Positions 10,587 through 20,623 of a DNA stretch of 64,000 bases are shown piece after piece. A program made the position numbers and the translations under genes. The stretch is from assembly GCA_018260615.1 (NCBI GenBank), contig JAGWDQ010000053.1, positions 10,898-74,897 of the forward strand. Reading direction: 5' to 3'. A model generated the notes under the pieces. It made no database searches and had not been told where the DNA came from. It saw nothing but the letters and a program-made list of their open reading frames with translations. Source of the DNA: Candidatus Altarchaeum sp. Its GTDB lineage: Archaea > Altiarchaeota > Altiarchaeia > Altiarchaeales > Altiarchaeaceae. Positions within the stretch are counted from its first letter, which is position 1, and each line of letters begins with the position of its first letter.

Positions 10587-13382
10587 ATGGAAAATACAAC
10601 TAAATTTTTAGATGAACAAATAATTGAATCATGGTCTAATTCAAAAATATTTGAAAGCAATGCAGATAAGAACAAACCAAAATATTTTATTACGGTTCCG
10701 TATCCCTATACATCAGGAGCGTTGCATATCGGACATGCCCGAAGTTATACTTTGGGAGATGTGACGGCAAGATATTACCGGCTGAAGGGTTTCAATGTTC
10801 TGTTTCCAATGGCATTTCATATAACGGGAACTCCTATACTCGCGATAGCAAAAAGAATAGAAAAAAATGACGAAGGAATGCTCAAGATGCACAAGGAATA
10901 TGTTTCTATTTATGAAAAAGACGAAAGCAAAATCAATGAAATAGTTGAATCATTTAAAAATCCGGAAAATCTTGCAAATTATTATGCAGGTGTAATAATT
11001 GCCGATTTTAAAAGAATGGGTTATTGCATTGACTGGCGGAGGAAATTTAACACAGGTGAGAAATTTTACAATAAATTTGTTGAATGGCAATTCAAAAAAC
11101 TCGCAGTTCAAAATTTAATAATCAAGGGAAAGCACGCTGTGTATTTTTGCCCTTCCTGTAACAATCCCGTAACAACCGATGATATAAAAGGCGGCGATGA
11201 ATTAGACATTGAAATGAGTGAATACTATTTGCTCAAAGAAAAACTTGCCGGTGAGGACTGCTATTTGGTTGCCGCAACCTTACGTCCCGAAACAATCTTC
11301 GGTATTACAAATTTATGGGTTAATCCCGAAAAAATTTATGTCAAAGCAAAGGTAAATGACGAGACATGGCTCATTTCAAAAAAAGCAGGCGAAAAATTAA
11401 AAAAACAGGGATTTGAAGTCACCGTTATTGAAGAATTTAAAGGAGAAAATTTGAGCGGCAAAAAAGTAATAATTCCCTTAACAAACAAAGAGGTTGAAAT
11501 TTTAAGAGCAAATTTTGTTGATGACGACACGGCAACAGGGGTTGTAAATTCTGTTCCCGGGCACGCACCTTACGATTATATTGCCTTAAGGGACTTAAAA
11601 ATAAATTTTGAAATTTTAAAAATAATTGACTCAAAGATTAAGATTGAAGAAATTGTTAAAGATATAAAAGACCAAAAGGATGAAGGACTTGAAGAAGCAA
11701 CACAGGAATTATATAAGGATGAATTTTACAACGGAATTATGAATGAAAACTGCGGGGAATTCAGGGGAATGAAAGTGGCGGTTGCCAGAGAAAAGGTTGC
11801 CGAAAAACTTAAATCGCTAAATTTATTAGGCAAAATTTATGAAAATAATATTAAAGACAAGGACGGGAAAATAGTCAAAGCCACATGCCGATGCGGAACG
11901 GAATCTGAAATCAGGGTGCTTGAAGACCAGTGGTTTTTAAATTATGCCGATGAGGGATGGAAAATTTTAGCCCGAAAAATTTTGAAAAACACAGCAATTG
12001 AGCCGGAAATTTATCGGACTGCATTCATTAACTCAATTGAATGGCTTCACGAATGGTCGTGCACAAGAAACAGGGGACTTGGAACGAAATTTCCTTACGA
12101 CAACAAATGGATGATTGAAAGTTTAAGCGACAGCACAATTTACATGGCATTTTACACAATTGCACATTTATTGCGGAATTTGAGCGCTGATGAGTTGGAT
12201 GAGAAATTTTTTGACTATGTGTTTTTAGGTAAGGAGTTTGACGGATGCGAGAAGTATAAGGAAATAAGGGAAACATTTATTTATTACTATCCGATGGATG
12301 AGCGAAGGACAGGAATAGCCCATATTTCAAATCATCTGACATTCAGTTTGTTCCATCACGCAGCAATATTTCCCGAAAATTTGTGGCCAAAAAAATTTTC
12401 CCTGAACGAAATGCTCGTTGCAGAAGGAAAAAAGATGTCAAAATCACTCGGAAATGTGATTCCCATCAAAAACGCATGTGAGAAATTTGGTGCCGATACT
12501 GTCCGATTACATTTGTGTTATGCGGCAGACTCTTCCTCAACCCTTGACTGGAAAGAAAAAGAGGTAATTGCCACTAAAGCAAAGATAGAGGAATTCATAA
12601 ATTTTATAAATTTATTTCAGAATACAAATTCCGCTTGCGAAACAGAAGAAGGTAAAATCAGTGATGTGGACAGATGGCTCATTTCAAAATTTAACAGACA
12701 TTTGGAGGAATTTTTAAATTTAATGGACAAATCCGAAATACGAGAGGCAGTTCAGAAAATTTTCTATGAATTTTTTAATGATATAAAGTGGTATTTGAGG
12801 AGAACAGAACCAAACAAAAAGGTCTTGAAGGAAATTTCCGAACAGTGGGTTAAAGTTATGAGCATATTTATTCCATTTACCTGTGAAGGACTATGGAAAA
12901 AGAGCGGAAAAAGCAATTTTGTCAGTGCAGAGGATTCTTTAAAGGCAGATAAAAATGCAATTAACGAGAATGCTGAAAGTATGGAATTTATGGTAACCGA
13001 ATTGATTGATAATATCCGAAATTTTGCCGAATTAATAGGAAAATACAAAAAGCCGACTAATGTTTTCATTTACTTTGCAGAGGACTGGAAAAGGGAATTG
13101 TTTGCAAAAATTATGGGAGGAAAAAACATAAAAGATGTAATGGCTGATGAAAAATTTAAGAAACATTCAAAGGATGTTGTGGCAATAATGCAAAAGACCC
13201 ATAAAGGCGATATTAAATTTATTCCGACTATTGAAGAAGAAGTTAGAATGACTGGGGAAGCAAAGGAGTTTTTAGAGAAAGAATTAAATTTAAAGATAGA
13301 GATTGATGTTAATGCAGACTACGATCCGAAAGGCACGAGAAAGTTTGCGATGCCATTAAAGCCGGCAATTTATATTGAATAA
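10587..13382 (+). CDS. leuS: Leucine--tRNA ligase, archaeal type
   Basis: PYPYTSGALHIGH (HIGH), ATLRPET editing domain, KKMSKS, archaeal C-terminus KFAMPLKPAIYIE. Confidence 0.97.
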   Translation: MENTTKFLDEQIIESWSNSKIFESNADKNKPKYFITVPYPYTSGALHIGHARSYTLGDVTARYYRLKGFNVLFPMAFHITGTPILAIAKRIEKNDEGMLKMHKEYVSIYEKDESKINEIVESFKNPENLANYYAGVIIADFKRMGYCIDWRRKFNTGEKFYNKFVEWQFKKLAVQNLIIKGKHAVYFCPSCNNPVTTDDIKGGDELDIEMSEYYLLKEKLAGEDCYLVAATLRPETIFGITNLWVNPEKIYVKAKVNDETWLISKKAGEKLKKQGFEVTVIEEFKGENLSGKKVIIPLTNKEVEILRANFVDDDTATGVVNSVPGHAPYDYIALRDLKINFEILKIIDSKIKIEEIVKDIKDQKDEGLEEATQELYKDEFYNGIMNENCGEFRGMKVAVAREKVAEKLKSLNLLGKIYENNIKDKDGKIVKATCRCGTESEIRVLEDQWFLNYADEGWKILARKILKNTAIEPEIYRTAFINSIEWLHEWSCTRNRGLGTKFPYDNKWMIESLSDSTIYMAFYTIAHLLRNLSADELDEKFFDYVFLGKEFDGCEKYKEIRETFIYYYPMDERRTGIAHISNHLTFSLFHHAAIFPENLWPKKFSLNEMLVAEGKKMSKSLGNVIPIKNACEKFGADTVRLHLCYAADSSSTLDWKEKEVIATKAKIEEFINFINLFQNTNSACETEEGKISDVDRWLISKFNRHLEEFLNLMDKSEIREAVQKIFYEFFNDIKWYLRRTEPNKKVLKEISEQWVKVMSIFIPFTCEGLWKKSGKSNFVSAEDSLKADKNAINENAESMEFMVTELIDNIRNFAELIGKYKKPTNVFIYFAEDWKRELFAKIMGGKNIKDVMADEKFKKHSKDVVAIMQKTHKGDIKFIPTIEEEVRMTGEAKEFLEKELNLKIEIDVNADYDPKGTRKFAMPLKPAIYIE

Positions 13383-13387
13383 ACGAG

Positions 13388-13448
13388 CTCACACAAAGAC
13401 ACAGGGACACAAAGATAAGTCATCTGTGACTTTGTGGCTCTGTGTGAG
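13388..13448. repeat. Empty CTCACAC...GTGTGAG palindromic repeat
   Basis: ctcacacaaagacacagggacacaaag, short spacer, ctttgtggctctgtgtgag, directly after the leuS stop. Confidence 0.85.
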
Positions 13449-13517
13449 AGCAATATGACATAGTGTAAATAAATTCATAAATTTATTGTAATTATTCACT
13501 TCAAACTAATATTTAAG

Positions 13518-16500
13518 ATGGAGTTACTATTTCCATTTCCGGAAATCCGAAACGGACAAAAAGAACTAATAGATGATATCAAAACCGTGCTTGAAACAGG
13601 AGGCACACTGCTCGCTCACGCTCCAACGGGAATCGGTAAAACAGCAGCCGCCCTGACCCCCTCCCTTGAATATGCCTTAAACAACGACAAAATTGTCTTT
13701 TTTCTTACATCAAAACAATCCCAGCATAAGATTGTAATTGACACGCTGCGGCTTATAAAAGAAAAAAATAAAGATAATGTCAGCTTTTCGGTTGTTGACA
13801 TAATATCCAAGCAGGCAATGTGTCCGAGGGATATTGCACGGGAACATTATGCATTGTTTGATGATCTTTGTCTCCATGACCAGAAAACGAAGAAGTGCAG
13901 ATATTTCAGGAGTGATAAGAACATTACAAACCACATACTGAAGAATATCATGCATGTTGAGGAGCTGAAGGATTTTTGCGCCAGGAATGTAATCTGCCCG
14001 CACAAAACAGCAAGTGATGCGATATCCGATGCCAACATCGTTATATGTGACTACAACTACATGTTCACGGATATTCTTGAAACCGTTCTTGAGAAAACCC
14101 ATAAATCAATCGGTGACCTGATTTTAATCATTGACGAAGCTCATAATCTCCCTGACCGAATAAGAGACCAGCTTTCCGGTGAGCTCACAATAAATCTCAT
14201 TGAAGAAGCAGCGAAGGAAATAAAGTCCGTTGATGAAAAACTTTACAGGTACCTGAAAGGCATTGGCAGGTTTTTTGACGATTTCATCCGACGTATGCCC
14301 GGAAACGCAGAGAAAAACATTAACCGGGAAGATATCACGACAGGAGTTGAGCAGGTACTTCAGGAATCTATTGGCGACAGTATGAGTTACCTTGAGTTTG
14401 TTGATGCCTTAAAAGCGGCAGGAGTTGAGCTTGCTGAAAAAAAGCAGTACGAGGAAAAAAAGAAATCTTCTATAACTTCAGTAATGGAATTTCTTGAGAC
14501 CTGGAACACCCTGCTTCCGTGCTCGCGGGTTTATAAAAACAAGAACACGCCAACGCTTTCGTTTCGGCTTCTTGATCCGTCAGTACTGAGCGAGAGCATA
14601 ATCTCAAACGCTTATGCAACAGTCCTGATGAGCGGAACACTATATCCTGTGGAAATGTACGCTGACATATTGGGGGCAAAGCATTCACTACTTAAGCAAT
14701 ACGAATCACCGTTTCCTTCCGAAAACAAAATTGTTTTGGTGACAAAAAAACTCACCACGCTTTACACCGAGAGGGGTGATTCAATGTATGGCAATATTGC
14801 AGAAAAAATATCAAAAGTCCATGACACAGTTAAAGGGAACATTGCCGTGTTCTTTCCTTCATATTCTCTAATGGATGAAATATACAAAAAATTTGAAAGC
14901 AGCCCCGACTTTGAAATTCGGGACAAAACAGGCGACATCCTCCTTGAGGGGAGGTGCATGAGTAAAGCCGCTAAAGATGAATTATACCGGAAATTAAAAA
15001 TAAATTCAAATAAAATTCTGATGGGCGTGCAGGCAGGTTCTCTTTCAGAAGGCGTTGATTACAGGAACAACATTATTCGCGCGGTATTGATAGTCGGACT
15101 GCCATTGAGTCCGCCAACTCTTGAAGTAAAAAATTTGCAGGATTATTACATTAAGAAATTCGGTAAAGAAAAAGGAACGCTCTACGGATACATATATCCT
15201 GCAATAAGCAAGGTGATACAGGCGGCAGGACGCGGTATCAGGAGCGAAAACGATATCGGAGCGATAATTCTTATGGACTATCGGTTTAATTATCCTATGT
15301 ACAGGAAATGCCTGCCGCCGGATTATAAAATACAGTTTACTGACGAAGCTGAAAAACTGTGCGGGGAATTCTTTGGTAAAGACCTTGTGTTAAAAGCACT
15401 GGAAGATACAAAAAAGAGAGTCATTGAAGAGGAAGACATAAAATTGATGAAAGAAGAAAAACACATCCTTGCAGAATCAAAATCAGAAACAGAATCAAAA
15501 TCAGAAACAGAAAAACAAGAGGTTCAGGATTCAATTCCGGAAATATCAGAAGAAAAAACCGAAAATAACGACAACCCCGGATTAAATGTATTGCGTTTGA
15601 TAGAAACCATAGATTTTCCTGCTGGCAGGTCATTCTTAGCAGGTATACTAACCGGTTCCAAATCAAAGGAATTGATAAATCAGAATATTGATAAATCAGA
15701 ATATTATGGAATGCTGAAAGGATACACTCGCGATGAAGCTATTGATATTATAGACCAGATCACAGGTAAAGGTTATTTGGCAGTTAAGCAGAGTGAAACA
15801 GCAAATTTTCCGAGACCTGTTTTATATCTGACAGAGTTAGGTAAAAACGCATTGTGTAATAATGAGAAAATTGGAGTGAAATTGCCAATAAAAATAAACC
15901 TTAAAAATAGGGTTGAAACATCCAAGAATCCTGAATTATTAAATGAATTAAAATTTTGGCGTAGAAAAGTTGCCGAAGAAGAAAACATCCCGGCATATTG
16001 CATTTTCCATGATACAACACTAATTGAAATTTCAAATAGCACGCCTTTCACAAAAGAAAATTTAATGAATATTCGTGGATTTGGTGAAAAAAGAATTGAA
16101 AAATACGGGGATGCTGTGCTGGAAATTGTGAAAAAGTATGTATCAAATGTTGTTTCTGAGAGCAATGTAAAAGAAAATCAGGAAAAAGAGCAGAAAGAAG
16201 CAGAAGGACCACCAGTAAATTCCAAAATGGAATCATCTGAAAAATTAATACATGATAACAATTTAACAATGGATAGAATCAACGCAGAACATAAACTAAA
16301 AGAAATATTTGGACACGGGCATTTTTACGACACACAATGGGAAACCATTAAAAAAATTTTAAATGGTGAAAGGGTTTTATTAATAGAAAAAACCGGCTTT
16401 GGAAAATCATTGTGTTATCAGTTTCCTGCAACTCAGTTTGAAGGAACCACCGTTATTTTTTCTCCGTTAATTGCATTAATGCGCGATCAGGTTAAAAAAC

Positions 16501-18284
16501 TCAGTGAATTAGGAATCAAAGCCAAATGTATAAACAGTGAACAGACACCCGAAGAAAATTCTGAAATAATTGAAGAAGCCAAACAGAATAAGATAAAAAT
16601 CCTCTACATCGCCCCTGAAAGACAGGAAAATACCGAATGGATTGATGCCGCAAGACAAATGAATTTGTCAATGGTGGTTATTGATGAAGCACACTGCATT
16701 TCGGTCTGGGGGCATGACTTCAGACCGTCCTTCAAAAGAATAATCAATCTCGTAAACCTTTTGCCCGAAAATTTTCCAGTTCTGGCAACAACCGCAACCG
16801 CTACAAAAAGAGTTGAAGAGGATATACTTGAACAGATTGGCGGCAGGATAATTTCTCTAAGAGGAAATCTTTTAAGAGAAAATTTTTATTTAAGAGTAAT
16901 CAGGGTTGAATCGGATGATGAAAAGTTAGTATGGGTGGGTGAAAATATAAATTTAATTCAGGGCAGCGGTATTATTTATACTGGCACCAGAACAAATACC
17001 GAAATTTATTCAAGGTGGCTGCAGTCATTGGGCGTTTCATCTGTTGCATATAATGCAGGTCTGGATGCCGAATCAAGAAAACATATAGAGCAGGGTTTAA
17101 TGAACAATACATGGAAATGTGTTGTTTCTACTAACGCTCTGGGAATGGGAATTGATAAACCGGACATTCGTTTTATTATTCATACGCAAATTCCTGCTTC
17201 GCCAATACACTATTACCAGGAAATCGGGAGAGCCGGAAGAGACGGAAAACCAACAGAGATAATTCTTCTTTATAGTCCCAAAGATACAGACCTGCCAAAA
17301 TCGTTTATTGAAAATAGCAGGCCTTCAACAGATAAATATCAGCGATTCATTGATGCATTAAAATCAGAACCGTTAGGTGAACAGGATATTATGCGGAAGA
17401 CAAATCTAAATCAAACACAGGTCAGGGTTATTAAAGCTGACTTAATTGATCAGAAAATCATCAATGATGTCTATTATAATAAAAGTAAAAAATGCGAACT
17501 CAAAGTAAATGCACCGGAATTAAATTTTCATTCCTTTGAAGAACTTATAAAGACAAAATTTGCCGAATTATATCAGATGGTAGCATACTCAGAAACCACC
17601 GGGTGCAGAATGAAATTTCTTTGTGATTATTTGGGTGATATCCTAGAAAAAGATTGTGGGAAATGCGATAATGACCGGACAGAACATATCTGTGTAAAGT
17701 TAACTGATTACTGGAATAATAAAACTGAAGAATTCAATAATAATTATTTTCCTGAATTGTCTGTAGAATCCAAAGGAACTAATATGGTTGACGGGGTCGC
17801 GGCTTCATATTATGGATTTTCAAATGTCGGCTCGGTGATCCACAGATGTAAATATGAAAACGGGGGTGATTTTCCGGATTTCCTGTTAAAACAAACACTG
17901 AAAGCATTTAGAAAAAAAATTAGTAAAGATAAATTTGATTTGCTTGTTTATGTTCCTCCTACGGAGTCAGGTGATTTGGTTAAAAATTTTGCTGAAAAGA
18001 TTTCTTACGCCTTAAAGATTCCTGTTTCCCACAAACTCAAAAAAATAAGGGCTATAAAACCACAAAAGATTTTTCAAAACAGTATTTTAAAAAGAGATAA
18101 TGTAAAAGATGCATTTGAGTATGAACATCCGGGGGATATTGAAGGAAAGTCAATTCTGATAGTGGACGATATATTTGACAGCGGACACACCATAAAAGAA
18201 ATTGGCAGATATTTTACTAAATTTGGGGCGGTAAAAATAGCTCCTTTAACAATAGCTAAAACAATCGGAGGTGATTTATCATGA
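13518..18284 (+). CDS. Fusion protein: XPD/Rad3 Fe-S helicase + RQC + HRDC + RecQ helicase + ComF-like phosphoribosyltransferase
   Basis: APTGIGKT, Cys cluster, DEAH, QAAGRGIR (XPD); RQC and HRDC signatures; KTGFGKSLCYQ, DEAHCISVWGHDFRP, QEIGRAGRDG, CGKCD (RecQ); ILIVDDIFDSGHT (PRTase). Confidence 0.85.
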   Translation: MELLFPFPEIRNGQKELIDDIKTVLETGGTLLAHAPTGIGKTAAALTPSLEYALNNDKIVFFLTSKQSQHKIVIDTLRLIKEKNKDNVSFSVVDIISKQAMCPRDIAREHYALFDDLCLHDQKTKKCRYFRSDKNITNHILKNIMHVEELKDFCARNVICPHKTASDAISDANIVICDYNYMFTDILETVLEKTHKSIGDLILIIDEAHNLPDRIRDQLSGELTINLIEEAAKEIKSVDEKLYRYLKGIGRFFDDFIRRMPGNAEKNINREDITTGVEQVLQESIGDSMSYLEFVDALKAAGVELAEKKQYEEKKKSSITSVMEFLETWNTLLPCSRVYKNKNTPTLSFRLLDPSVLSESIISNAYATVLMSGTLYPVEMYADILGAKHSLLKQYESPFPSENKIVLVTKKLTTLYTERGDSMYGNIAEKISKVHDTVKGNIAVFFPSYSLMDEIYKKFESSPDFEIRDKTGDILLEGRCMSKAAKDELYRKLKINSNKILMGVQAGSLSEGVDYRNNIIRAVLIVGLPLSPPTLEVKNLQDYYIKKFGKEKGTLYGYIYPAISKVIQAAGRGIRSENDIGAIILMDYRFNYPMYRKCLPPDYKIQFTDEAEKLCGEFFGKDLVLKALEDTKKRVIEEEDIKLMKEEKHILAESKSETESKSETEKQEVQDSIPEISEEKTENNDNPGLNVLRLIETIDFPAGRSFLAGILTGSKSKELINQNIDKSEYYGMLKGYTRDEAIDIIDQITGKGYLAVKQSETANFPRPVLYLTELGKNALCNNEKIGVKLPIKINLKNRVETSKNPELLNELKFWRRKVAEEENIPAYCIFHDTTLIEISNSTPFTKENLMNIRGFGEKRIEKYGDAVLEIVKKYVSNVVSESNVKENQEKEQKEAEGPPVNSKMESSEKLIHDNNLTMDRINAEHKLKEIFGHGHFYDTQWETIKKILNGERVLLIEKTGFGKSLCYQFPATQFEGTTVIFSPLIALMRDQVKKLSELGIKAKCINSEQTPEENSEIIEEAKQNKIKILYIAPERQENTEWIDAARQMNLSMVVIDEAHCISVWGHDFRPSFKRIINLVNLLPENFPVLATTATATKRVEEDILEQIGGRIISLRGNLLRENFYLRVIRVESDDEKLVWVGENINLIQGSGIIYTGTRTNTEIYSRWLQSLGVSSVAYNAGLDAESRKHIEQGLMNNTWKCVVSTNALGMGIDKPDIRFIIHTQIPASPIHYYQEIGRAGRDGKPTEIILLYSPKDTDLPKSFIENSRPSTDKYQRFIDALKSEPLGEQDIMRKTNLNQTQVRVIKADLIDQKIINDVYYNKSKKCELKVNAPELNFHSFEELIKTKFAELYQMVAYSETTGCRMKFLCDYLGDILEKDCGKCDNDRTEHICVKLTDYWNNKTEEFNNNYFPELSVESKGTNMVDGVAASYYGFSNVGSVIHRCKYENGGDFPDFLLKQTLKAFRKKISKDKFDLLVYVPPTESGDLVKNFAEKISYALKIPVSHKLKKIRAIKPQKIFQNSILKRDNVKDAFEYEHPGDIEGKSILIVDDIFDSGHTIKEIGRYFTKFGAVKIAPLTIAKTIGGDLS

Positions 18285-19234
18285 TTAACAGACCGGAAAT
18301 ACCCTGCCTGATGGCATTAACCCACACCCAGGGATGGAAATATGAACAAATTAATAACATCATCGCAAAAATTAAAGGTAATTCAAAATGCAGCATTGCA
18401 GAATTCTTTGGTTTATCTCCTGATAACTGGATGGATAATTTCGGATTAAGCAAAAAAGAAACACTCCATTTGGAAAATGTTAAAAAAGAAATACCCAAAT
18501 ACTCTTTTCTGGCAGAAGATTTATTTGCGCAGGGATATGAAATAATACCTGTAAATTCTCCTGAATATCCTGAAACATTAAAACAAAATTTAGGATTCAG
18601 GTCACCACCCATTCTTTATGTGAAAGGAAATAAAAATTTATTAAAAGAAAAATCTGTCGCAATTGTTGGCTCAAGGGACGCATCGGAAATTGCATTGAAA
18701 TTTACTGACAACATCGCAATGCTAGCGTCAGGAGAACACAAAGTCGTAGTAAGCGGATTTGCCAGAGGTGTAGATAGGCAGGCACTGGACTCCGCACTTA
18801 AATATAAAGGTAAAGGTCTTATTGTATTGCCGCAGGGAATAATGACTTTTTATTCTGGATTTAAGGCATATTACAGACAAATTGTTGAAGGAAATGTTCT
18901 GGTCTTAAGCACATTTTTTCCAAAAGCACCGTGGAGTGTGGAACTAGCAATGGCAAGGAATTCTGTAATATATGGTCTGGCAGGAGAAATTTATGTGGCG
19001 GAATCGAATGAAACAGGCGGAACATGGTCGGGAGTCATGGATGGCATGAGAAAGGGAAGAAAGATATATATCAGAAAACCCGAACCGTATGAAAATAATG
19101 CAAATAATAAATTAATGGACATAGGAGTTATTCCTGTCAGCTTTGAGGGACAGCCAGTTTTAGGATATAAATCATTGTCCCCTGAAATTTACCTGGTTAA
19201 AGAAAAACATGAAAAAATAAGTAAGCTGATGTGA
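18281..19234 (+). CDS. dprA: DNA-processing protein DprA/Smf family
   Basis: YPETL..PPILYVKGN, VAIVGSR, VVSGFARGVD, ARNSVIYGL, GGTWSG; ATGA overlap with the upstream gene. Confidence 0.9.
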   Translation: MINRPEIPCLMALTHTQGWKYEQINNIIAKIKGNSKCSIAEFFGLSPDNWMDNFGLSKKETLHLENVKKEIPKYSFLAEDLFAQGYEIIPVNSPEYPETLKQNLGFRSPPILYVKGNKNLLKEKSVAIVGSRDASEIALKFTDNIAMLASGEHKVVVSGFARGVDRQALDSALKYKGKGLIVLPQGIMTFYSGFKAYYRQIVEGNVLVLSTFFPKAPWSVELAMARNSVIYGLAGEIYVAESNETGGTWSGVMDGMRKGRKIYIRKPEPYENNANNKLMDIGVIPVSFEGQPVLGYKSLSPEIYLVKEKHEKISKLM

Positions 19235-19388
19235 GACGATGATTAAGAAGAATAAATTAATTAAATCTTTTAAATATAATTATCCTGAAATTTTTAATTT
19301 ATTATTTATTTAAATTTAAAAACATAAATTTAATACAAAATTTAATACAAAATTTAATACAAATTTAACAAATTTAACTAAATTTCAA

Positions 19389-20519
19389 ATGTACGCATTT
19401 ATCGGTATCGGACAGGGCGGCTGCGGATTACTTGATTCCGCATTTTATGACAAGGACTTATTCAAGGTAGTAAAACCAATAGCAATAAATTCCACTGCCA
19501 AGGATTTGAAAAATTTAAAGAATATAAAACCACAATACTGGCTTGGAATGAGTAAGGATAAGGGATTTATTGACGGAACGACAAAAAATTTAGAAAGTTA
19601 TTTAGTTGGCGGATACGGACAGGACAGAACAAAATCAAAAGACGACGCCGAAAGACAATATTCCGATTTACAGGAAAAAATAAGATACTATCTTGAAACA
19701 CGAACGGCAAAGGGAAAAGAAATGGCAGTCCAGTTTGCATTTTTGATGACATCCCTTGGCGGAGGAACCGGAAGCGGATTAAGTCCGGCAATTGCAAAAA
19801 TTTTAAAGGATTTGGGAATATGTGTAATTGCCGTTCTGATTACTCCTGCAAAAAGCGAGGGCTCACTGACTGCAAAAAATGCCGTTGAGGCATTGAATGA
19901 AATTTATAATTATGCTGACTCAATAATCCTCGCAAGTAATGAAAAAATTTCCTATGCCCAGAATATAGAAGCACTATTTTCCCACTATAATGATTACATA
20001 GCAAGAAGTTTGGTTGATATTTGTGAAGGAATGACACTTGAACAGATTGACCCGGCAAAATTTGAAGGAAACCCGCCTGTAATAGATATGAAGGACTTCA
20101 TTACCGCAACTTCATTTCTTGATACCCATAAGCCCGGATTTTCAGTTATAGGAAGGGCAAGCGACAATGTCAGGGATATGCTGCATTATATTTTTCCGGT
20201 CGGGGGCTATAAAGAGATTGATGCCATTGGTTTGATTCAGCAGGCGATGCTTAAATTATCTGCCGACATTGATGATAATGCCAGGAAAAATTTATGCTTA
20301 CTCCGCCTTCCGCACAGGTATTTAACATCCGAAAGCAGAATGATAAATACAGAGGTTGTGAGAAATTTCCTGCTTGAGAAAACAGAGTTGAACGAAACAC
20401 ATTTTGGAATATCCTTAACAAAAAGAAATTTAGCAACTGCAACATTGATTTCATGCCATTCCAAAAAGCCAAGGGATTTTGAAATGCTTGAAGAATCAGC
20501 GGAGAAATATAAGGGATAA
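19389..20519 (+). CDS. Tubulin/FtsZ-superfamily GTPase, CetZ-like or divergent
   Basis: N-terminal GIGQGG, AINST, tubulin signature GGGTGSG; no recognisable FtsZ C-terminal tail. Confidence 0.8.
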   Translation: MYAFIGIGQGGCGLLDSAFYDKDLFKVVKPIAINSTAKDLKNLKNIKPQYWLGMSKDKGFIDGTTKNLESYLVGGYGQDRTKSKDDAERQYSDLQEKIRYYLETRTAKGKEMAVQFAFLMTSLGGGTGSGLSPAIAKILKDLGICVIAVLITPAKSEGSLTAKNAVEALNEIYNYADSIILASNEKISYAQNIEALFSHYNDYIARSLVDICEGMTLEQIDPAKFEGNPPVIDMKDFITATSFLDTHKPGFSVIGRASDNVRDMLHYIFPVGGYKEIDAIGLIQQAMLKLSADIDDNARKNLCLLRLPHRYLTSESRMINTEVVRNFLLEKTELNETHFGISLTKRNLATATLISCHSKKPRDFEMLEESAEKYKG

Positions 20520-20560
20520 ATAAAGTTGTAGTACTGGAAAGTTTGTTTTATTTTATGAGC

Positions 20561-20616
20561 CTCACACGGAGACACGGAGACACAAAGGGGAAATACACTC
20601 TGTGACTTTGTGTGAG
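20561..20616. repeat. Empty CTCACAC...GTGTGAG palindromic repeat between convergent genes
   Basis: ctcacacggagacacggagacacaaag ... ctctgtgactttgtgtgag. Confidence 0.85.
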
Positions 20617-20623
20617 CATTCTT

